Below, in pieces: positions 57,680 through 64,000 of a stretch of DNA of 64,000 nucleotides. Position 1 is the stretch's first letter; every line of letters starts with the position of its first letter. Origin of the DNA: Armatimonadota bacterium (GTDB taxonomy: Bacteria > Armatimonadota > UBA5829 > DSUL01); assembly GCA_039811685.1 (NCBI GenBank), contig JBDHZC010000006.1, forward strand, positions 1-64,000, given 5' to 3'. A program made the translations under genes and the position numbers. The notes under the pieces are model-generated. The model did no database searches and was not told the origin of the DNA. It was given only the letters and a program-made list of their open reading frames with translations.

Positions 57680-58663
57680 CTACTTCAGACGCTTTGCAGC
57701 GGAGGCTATGAGCGCATCAACAGCGCTGTCGGAGCGAGTGATCCGGCAGCCAGCCGCTCGCCTGTGTCCACCGCCTTTGAACTCTCGAGCCACATCAGCG
57801 ACGTCGACATAGTCCCTCGAGCGCAGACTGACGCGATAGTCTTCCTGAGTTTCACGCAGCAGAATGGCCACCTCAACGCCGGCAATACTGAGCAACTCGT
57901 GCACGACATCGTCCATATCTTCGTGACTGGCCCGATACCTGGCAAAGTCAGCGTCTCTTGCGACTGTCCACGCGAGGCGGCCACTGCACTCCATTTTCAG
58001 CGCTTCCAGACAGTGCCCGCTCATCCGCGTAGCGCCCTCGGAGTGTTGCCAGAAAAGATTTCGCACAACGCGATGCAGGTCGGCTCCCGCCTCCACCAGA
58101 TCGGCGCAGATGCGGAAGGATTTGGGCGAGACGCTCTCATATTGAAAGCATCCGGTGTCCTCGACAATGGACGCAAGCAGGCACTCACCTGCCTCCTCTG
58201 AAATCGATGCGCCCATCCGCTCAGCCAGCGCGGTGATCATCTCGCCCACCGCAGCGGCCTGTGCGTCGATATACTCGATATCGCCAAAAGACTCCCCGAC
58301 GGCATGGTGGTCCACGCGGACAACTTTCCCACAGCGCAGTAGAGCTTCTCTCACGTTCCCTACCCGGTCCAATCCGCCACAATCCACCGCAATACCCAGA
58401 TCGTACGGGCGGTCCGCAGATGTCTGGATAGTCTGAGCTCCGGGCAGAAACTTGTACCGCTGCCCGGCGCCGTCCTGAGAGACAACCTGCACAGTCTTTC
58501 CAAGCCCGCAGAGAATATGGCGCAGCCCGAGAGCCGATCCAATCGCGTCACCATCCGGGTTGATGTGCGTGGTAATCATGATGGTGTCAGCAGACGCGAT
58601 AGCCTCAGCTACCTGATCCATAGCTGCGAATTGTGGGTCGCGATGTGTCCGGTGCGCTTTCAT
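57680..58663 (-). CDS. nrnA: DHH/DHHA1 nanoRNase / pAp phosphatase
   Basis: HINPDGDAIGS, VDHH, DTGCF, SLRS, GGGHRRAAG. Confidence 0.9.
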   Translation of the reverse strand: MKAHRTHRDPQFAAMDQVAEAIASADTIMITTHINPDGDAIGSALGLRHILCGLGKTVQVVSQDGAGQRYKFLPGAQTIQTSADRPYDLGIAVDCGGLDRVGNVREALLRCGKVVRVDHHAVGESFGDIEYIDAQAAAVGEMITALAERMGASISEEAGECLLASIVEDTGCFQYESVSPKSFRICADLVEAGADLHRVVRNLFWQHSEGATRMSGHCLEALKMECSGRLAWTVARDADFARYRASHEDMDDVVHELLSIAGVEVAILLRETQEDYRVSLRSRDYVDVADVAREFKGGGHRRAAGCRITRSDSAVDALIASAAKRLK

Positions 58664-58798
58664 AGAGACGGCCTTCCTCGCCTGACAGGCATCTGAAATC
58701 TGTTTGAAGAGCTGCCAGGGGGCATCAGTGCTACCGGCATGACGGCCTGTGCGTCGCGCGTGGGAGCGGAAGAATGAGAAAGCCAGACTGTGAGCAAT

Positions 58799-59488
58799 TC
58801 AGGAGATGAGAGCAGCTATGGACTCGGGATCGTTTCCGAGCTGCTTTCGAAGCCGCGCAAGCCCCCGATTGATGTGTGTGCCCACTGTGTTAATTGGCTC
58901 ATTGAGGATTTCTGAAATCTCCCTGTAGGACTTCTCTTCAAAAAAGAAGAGCTCAATCGGCTTGCGGTAGTGATCCGGCAGATTCGCCAGCGCCTTCTCC
59001 AGCACCGAGCGCTCCTCTGCCCGCTTGACGGAACCATCCACGTGACAGAAGCAGGTGAGAGGACAGTTCTCACAACCCTCTTTGAACTGCTCCAGTGAGA
59101 CTGTGGACTTTTGAGAACGCAGGCAGTCAACGCAAATGTTGCGCACAACTGTCCTCAACCACGCAGAGAAGCGAGACTCTCCCCGGAACTGCCTGGCGCG
59201 GTTGAGCACCTTCATATAGGCAAGCTGGTAGACGTCTTCCGCGTCGTCCTGCGACATCCCGAAGTTGTGAAGCGGCACAGAATAGACCAGCGCCGCGTAT
59301 TTACGAATGAGGGCCGCGCAGGCATCCGCGTCGCCGGCGCGACAGCGATGAATCAGCCGCTCTTCATCCAGATCGAGTGCCCTGGAGTCCTGAGGAGCTG
59401 ATTCAGTGGCTGCTTCGGTGGAGGACTCAACCTCCTCCTGCTCCAACTCCATTTCAGATCTGCTACGTTCTTGCTCGACGATACTCAA
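58799..59488 (-). CDS. ECF-type RNA polymerase sigma factor
   Basis: sigma2 (DAEDVYQ...FSAWLRTVVRNICVD) and sigma4 (LPDHYR...SYREISEIL...NTVGTHINRG). Confidence 0.92.
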   Translation of the reverse strand: MSIVEQERSRSEMELEQEEVESSTEAATESAPQDSRALDLDEERLIHRCRAGDADACAALIRKYAALVYSVPLHNFGMSQDDAEDVYQLAYMKVLNRARQFRGESRFSAWLRTVVRNICVDCLRSQKSTVSLEQFKEGCENCPLTCFCHVDGSVKRAEERSVLEKALANLPDHYRKPIELFFFEEKSYREISEILNEPINTVGTHINRGLARLRKQLGNDPESIAALIS

Positions 59489-59632
59489 TCAGAATCCTTA
59501 TACCTGTCTGCTAGAGAGTGCTGTCATGCGGCTCTTGTCGTCATCTCAGTTACTAGATTACCATGATCGTACCGAACCTGATACCTGATGGGCGCTTCAT
59601 TTATCCGCCCGCATTCCCGGAGAGCACCACCC

Positions 59633-60235
59633 ATGGCATACAAGCTTGTTGACAAATCCGACCCTGTGCTGCGCCAGTCAGCGCGCCAGGTGACTGACTT
59701 CGGCTCCAAGAGGCTCCTCAAACTGGCTGAAGAGATGGACGTGTTGCGTATTGACGAGGGCGGCATCGGTCTGGCTGCGCCACAGATCGGACTTTCTGAG
59801 CGCGTCATCATTGTCGAGGTGCCGGATGAAGATTTCGTCGGGATACCCAACCAGCCCACAGTCCCCGCAATGGTGCTCATTAATCCGGAGATTATCTGGG
59901 AATCCGAAGAAGTCATCAAGCTACCGGAAGGTTGTCTGTCTTTGCCTGGAATGATGGGCAACGTCTTGCGCCCGTCCATAATTCAGGTGCAGGCTCAGGA
60001 TATGGACGGCGATCCCTTCACGATGTTTGCTGACCGCTGGCTGGCGCGTGTCCTTCAGCACGAGATTGACCACCTTGACGGGATACTGTTTCCCGACCGT
60101 ATAGAGAGCGCGGGCGAGCTCTGGTACGTCGAGAGAGTGGATATCTACGACCCGATCTGGAACAACAACCCGGAAATCTGCGAGCTGCGTGAGAAACGCA
60201 ATCACAACGAAAGTGGAGAAACTCGCTACGCCTGA
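59633..60235 (+). CDS. def: Peptide deformylase
   Basis: GIGLAAPQIG, EGCLS, QHEIDHLDG. Confidence 0.96.
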   Translation: MAYKLVDKSDPVLRQSARQVTDFGSKRLLKLAEEMDVLRIDEGGIGLAAPQIGLSERVIIVEVPDEDFVGIPNQPTVPAMVLINPEIIWESEEVIKLPEGCLSLPGMMGNVLRPSIIQVQAQDMDGDPFTMFADRWLARVLQHEIDHLDGILFPDRIESAGELWYVERVDIYDPIWNNNPEICELREKRNHNESGETRYA

Positions 60236-60351
60236 AGCGCCAGCCTGAGCCCGGCATTGGCCAGCAATGCAGCGCCCTCGCCGGGTGCGGCCAGGTGCGG
60301 GGGAAATCCAGAGGCTACTAGACCTGAAAGCCTGCGCAAACGCGATCGCGT

Positions 60352-61464
60352 TCAGGGAGTCTGTGAGGGCCTGCCCGTGGGCGGAACAGTCTGGAGCGCC
60401 GATTGAATCATCACAAACTCACCGAGGTTGTCCGCTGTCAGCAATCCGACCAGGGCGCCAGCTTTCTTGACAGGCAGTGTGCGGCAGTTGCAGTCTTGCA
60501 GGCGCCGGAAAGCTGTCTCCAGCATCTCGGATGCCTCCACCTGCTGAAACTCTCGTCGCATGCTGTCCTGGACCAGAGACTCCGGACCCCGCTGTTGCAG
60601 CGCAGCGACCAGATCTTCGCGCATAAGGATGCCGATGACTTCATCGCCATACAGGACAGGGAAGTCGTGCTGAGACCCGGCCAAAATGCGCTCCACCGCC
60701 TGCCCCAGCTTGTCTGCCGGATTGAGCACGTGGAACTCTGTCACCATAGCTCGGCTTACGGGAATGCCTCCGAGCGCGGTTTTCATCTGCACCATGGAGG
60801 CTTCCTCGGCGGCCCCTATCCAGACGAAGAACGCGATGAAGATCAAGAACGGGTTTCCGGCCATCAAGCCTAGAAAGCCGAATCCCAGGGCGATCATCTG
60901 TCCCACGCTGGCTGCGGCGGCTGTCGCCTGCGAATACTCCATCCGCGTCGCCAGCACGGCGCGCAAGACCCGTCCTCCGTCCATCGGAAATGCCGGGATC
61001 AGGTTAAAGAGAACAAGAAAGACGTTGACGAGGGCCAGCCTCTCCAGAAACGGCCCGTTTGTCATCGTCAGCCCGTTTGTTGGCACGAGCGTATGCGTCG
61101 CTTTGAGTACGGCAAAAAGAACCGCGGCGATAACTACGTTGACTGCCGGACCAGCCAGAGCGACCCACAACTCCTGCACAGGCTCATCCGGCATGCGCTC
61201 CAGTCTGGCCACCCCGCCAATGGGCAACAGCGTTATGTCCCTGGTCTTGATTCCGAAGCGTCTGGCGGTCAGCGCGTGCCCCAGCTCGTGAAAAACGATA
61301 CACGCAAATAGAGCGCTGACGAAGATCAAACCCAGTACGGTGGCGACGGCGCTCTTGCCCTGGAGATAGTACGCCAGAATGACCCACGCGAAAATTAGAA
61401 AGAACGTGGCGTGAACGAATATGTCGATTCCCGCAATCTTTCCAATTTTCCAGGACCATTTCAT
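60352..61464 (-). CDS. Site-2 protease (M50) with tandem CBS domains
   Basis: HELGH, AGPAVN, NLIPAFPMDGGR, C-terminal CBS pair. Confidence 0.93.
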   Translation of the reverse strand: MKWSWKIGKIAGIDIFVHATFFLIFAWVILAYYLQGKSAVATVLGLIFVSALFACIVFHELGHALTARRFGIKTRDITLLPIGGVARLERMPDEPVQELWVALAGPAVNVVIAAVLFAVLKATHTLVPTNGLTMTNGPFLERLALVNVFLVLFNLIPAFPMDGGRVLRAVLATRMEYSQATAAAASVGQMIALGFGFLGLMAGNPFLIFIAFFVWIGAAEEASMVQMKTALGGIPVSRAMVTEFHVLNPADKLGQAVERILAGSQHDFPVLYGDEVIGILMREDLVAALQQRGPESLVQDSMRREFQQVEASEMLETAFRRLQDCNCRTLPVKKAGALVGLLTADNLGEFVMIQSALQTVPPTGRPSQTP

Positions 61465-61593
61465 AGTAGTCTCTCGCCTTCCCAAACGGACGCTGCGTTG
61501 CCATCCAGACTCTCTGAAGTTCGGCGTCCATCTGCCAACCCAACTAACGCGAGACGGACGGCAGAAGTTTCTCAGCTCTATAAGCAGCATACC

Positions 61594-61621
61594 AAAAAAG
61601 GGCCCGGCAAACGCCGAGCCC
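61594..61621 (-). terminator. Rho-independent terminator
   Basis: Minus strand GGGCTCGGC-GTTT-GCCGGGCCC followed by TTTTTT. Confidence 0.85.
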
Positions 61622-61652
61622 CGAGCATGCAATCAGATCCCGACAGGATTGA

Positions 61653-62471
61653 TTAGAAATGCCAGTTGTAAGCGACAGACCCAAAAAGATCGGAGTTGTC
61701 GCCGAAGATACCAACCTGAGCGCGCCAGTTGCTGGGATCCGAATAGCGCAGAGCGGCATTTACGTCGTACCCATCGTACTCCACCACAGCGCTGACGCGG
61801 TTGTTAAAGAAGAGCTCACCACCCCCGATGATGCTCTTGTCGAATGCCTTGCTGCCGTATCCCAGGTGCAGTCGCACGCCCACTGAGTTATCTCGAAGGT
61901 CTCGCGGCGCGTGAAGAATGTCCGTGGAAACAACAGCGTACCAGGTAGTATCGATGTCATCGGTGTCTGTGAACACACCAATGCCAAGCTGATACTGCTT
62001 GATCTGCGGGGATTCCAGGCGGACCTTGGCTGCCAGCAACCCCTGACCATTGGAACCACCGCCTGTCCCCAGAGACTGCGACGCCATAAGAGACTCCTCT
62101 CCGCCGCCGCCCAGGCCTCCAGACCCTCCGGATCCAGAACCGCCCGATCCACTGGAGCTGGAGCCATCAACGTGAATCCAGGCGCCACCGATCTCGACAT
62201 TGTTGGCGACACCGACGTTGGCTGAGTAAGACTGAAAGTCCTGATGACCAGCCTGCCCAAAGGCAGCTCCAACCTGCACTTCACCCGTCGGCGAAACATC
62301 CGCAGTCGGCACGGCAATCATCCCAGTCGGTCCCCAGATGGTGTTGAAGCGCGCCGTGCCTGGATTCAGCGCTCCACCTCTTTGCGCAGTCGCGGGAACT
62401 GCGCAGGTCACAAAAGTTGACACCGTCAATACGAGAATGCTTCCTGCGATTCTCACATCTCTTAGAGTCAT
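61653..62471 (-). CDS. YjbH-like putative outer-membrane beta-barrel protein
   Basis: Signal peptide, GPTGMIAVPTAD, amphipathic strands, VEYDG, C-terminal YNWHF. Confidence 0.65.
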   Translation of the reverse strand: MTLRDVRIAGSILVLTVSTFVTCAVPATAQRGGALNPGTARFNTIWGPTGMIAVPTADVSPTGEVQVGAAFGQAGHQDFQSYSANVGVANNVEIGGAWIHVDGSSSSGSGGSGSGGSGGLGGGGEESLMASQSLGTGGGSNGQGLLAAKVRLESPQIKQYQLGIGVFTDTDDIDTTWYAVVSTDILHAPRDLRDNSVGVRLHLGYGSKAFDKSIIGGGELFFNNRVSAVVEYDGYDVNAALRYSDPSNWRAQVGIFGDNSDLFGSVAYNWHF

Positions 62472-62654
62472 TTATCTATCCTTTCTGCTCAGCTTACCCT
62501 CACCGTCCGGTCCAGCCCTCCAAGTGAAAGCTGCCAGATCCGGTGAAGACCACTGGCACACCCAATTGCGAACCGCTGCTCGCGCGCAAGTTTCCCATTG
62601 CGCCGGGCGGCCAAACTCGACAATCATTTGTCAGAGTTAGTATTGGCCGTTTGC

Positions 62655-63977
62655 CTACCGAGCTACAGTTCCCCGCAAGTTTAGCTGAATTTCTCCAATT
62701 AGCCAATCCACGAACTGTCGCGCCGCTCGCCCGCTGCGACTTTCCTGCCATCTGAGCGCCTCCGAAGCCAGCTCTTCCCTCTCCATTTTGATGCCGGCAG
62801 ACCTGGCGAGATTGAAGACAATCGCCAGATAAGCCTCCTGATCCGGCGTTGCGAAGGGCAGACGAATCCCAAACCGATCCGCCAGACTCAGCTTCTCTTG
62901 ATAGGAATCCATCATGTGCACGTCGTCATCGAGGTCTTTCTGGCGATCTGAGAAGCGCTCCTTCACCAGGTTGCGCCGGTTTGACGTGGCGTAAAGCGCG
63001 ACGTTCACAGGTCTCGTCTCAATTCCCCCTTCCAGGACAGCTTTCAGGGCTTTGAACTGCGAATCGTCTTCTTCAAAGGAGAGGTCATCAATGTAGAGGA
63101 TGAACTTCTGAGGGCGCGGGCGCACTGTTCGCAGAATGTCAGGGAAATCTACAAGGTGATCTTTCTGCACCTCAACCAGACGCAGCCCTTCATCAGCGAA
63201 CTCATTCACGAGAGCCTTTACGTGCGAGGACTTCCCGGTTCCACGGTCGCCGTAAAGCAGGATATTGTTGGACGGCAATCCTGCCAGCAGCTTCTGCGTG
63301 TTGCGGACAAGACTCTCCTTCTGCCACTCATACTCGTACAGATGGTTGAGCCGGATCGGGTCTGGCGCATCCACGCCCACAAGCTCCGAGCGCTCAGAGC
63401 TCCAGCGAAAAGCGTGGTAGCGGCCAAATACGCCGGCGCCGAAACGGTGGATGTCGCGAGCCAGCGTATCTGTGGCCGTCTTCCACGAAGACAGGCACGC
63501 CAGAGACTGTGCACTGCGCGGGATAGAAACGCGCAGCCCACTCCAGGATACAGCGGGCGATCCGCAAAGCTGTGAGACACGGGCGCAGACAAGGTCAGGA
63601 CTGATCGAGAACGCGCTGTGCAGAGCATCCAGATCGAGGCTGGCCTGAAGACGCAGTGCCGCTGGAACATCCTCCACTTCCAGGCGCTCCGCAGCAGTCA
63701 CAAAGGCGTTGTGGGACTCGACGATCCGCTGCAAAACGTGCGCTGTCCACACATCAGGCAGCTTGTCGTCGGTTTCAATGGTGTGTCCGGAGGCAAGAAG
63801 AGCGAAAAAACGGGCGTAGAGCTTGCCAGCCGATGCGTCCTCATCCGCAAGCGCGCGCAACAAAAGCAGGAACGCCTCTCCAACCGGATCTGCAAGCACA
63901 TCCGCAAACAGCGCGACGCGCTCGAGCCGGCGAAGCAACTCCGCAGCGTCCAGTGCGTGTTCCGTCATAGTTGCCAC
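62655..63977 (-). CDS. DUF815 family AAA+ ATPase
   Basis: NILLYGDRGTGKSS, IDDLSFE, LKAVLEGG, YATSNRR, SLADRFG, SGRAARQF. Start may be ATG 63968. Confidence 0.9.
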   Translation of the reverse strand: MATMTEHALDAAELLRRLERVALFADVLADPVGEAFLLLLRALADEDASAGKLYARFFALLASGHTIETDDKLPDVWTAHVLQRIVESHNAFVTAAERLEVEDVPAALRLQASLDLDALHSAFSISPDLVCARVSQLCGSPAVSWSGLRVSIPRSAQSLACLSSWKTATDTLARDIHRFGAGVFGRYHAFRWSSERSELVGVDAPDPIRLNHLYEYEWQKESLVRNTQKLLAGLPSNNILLYGDRGTGKSSHVKALVNEFADEGLRLVEVQKDHLVDFPDILRTVRPRPQKFILYIDDLSFEEDDSQFKALKAVLEGGIETRPVNVALYATSNRRNLVKERFSDRQKDLDDDVHMMDSYQEKLSLADRFGIRLPFATPDQEAYLAIVFNLARSAGIKMEREELASEALRWQESRSGRAARQFVDWLIGEIQLNLRGTVAR

Positions 63978-64000
63978 TTCCGTAGTTGTGACTCAGGCCA

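Overview
GC-rich bacterial chromosomal window with no rRNA, tRNA, CRISPR array, prophage or IS element detectable by eye. PEP-CTERM, H-X9-DG prepilins, twin-OB-fold secreted proteins and the pilus gene style suggest Armatimonadota or a relative; this is inference and was not searched. The centre (about 14.3-45.4 kb, minus strand) is a ~31 kb type IV pilus-like locus lying between shikimate genes: aroE | pilB-pilT-pilC-pilD, one pilin, three oversized PilV/W/X-like minor pilins, two giant beta-propeller proteins (~1490 and ~2200 aa), pilMNOP, a stand-alone secretin N-domain protein with a Gly/aromatic tail, and a secretin | aroC-aroK-aroB. Downstream are a PASTA kinase with degenerate catalytic motifs, rpe and ribD. 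The left end holds accessory secreted or carbohydrate-related genes (OB/CBM protein, GH5-like hydrolase, H-X9-DG prepilin, M43-like protease, methyltransferase). The right end holds a dCMP deaminase/H-NS-like islet, yitJ-like/metH/flavin reductase, PEP-CTERM, mqnD-like, trxB, nrnA, a Cys-linker ECF sigma, def, a site-2 protease, a YjbH-like barrel and a DUF815 ATPase. The best candidate for an undescribed system is the atypical pilus machine and its possible link to dispersed H-X9-DG pilins. All calls are motif recognition without database searches; start codons are best estimates.
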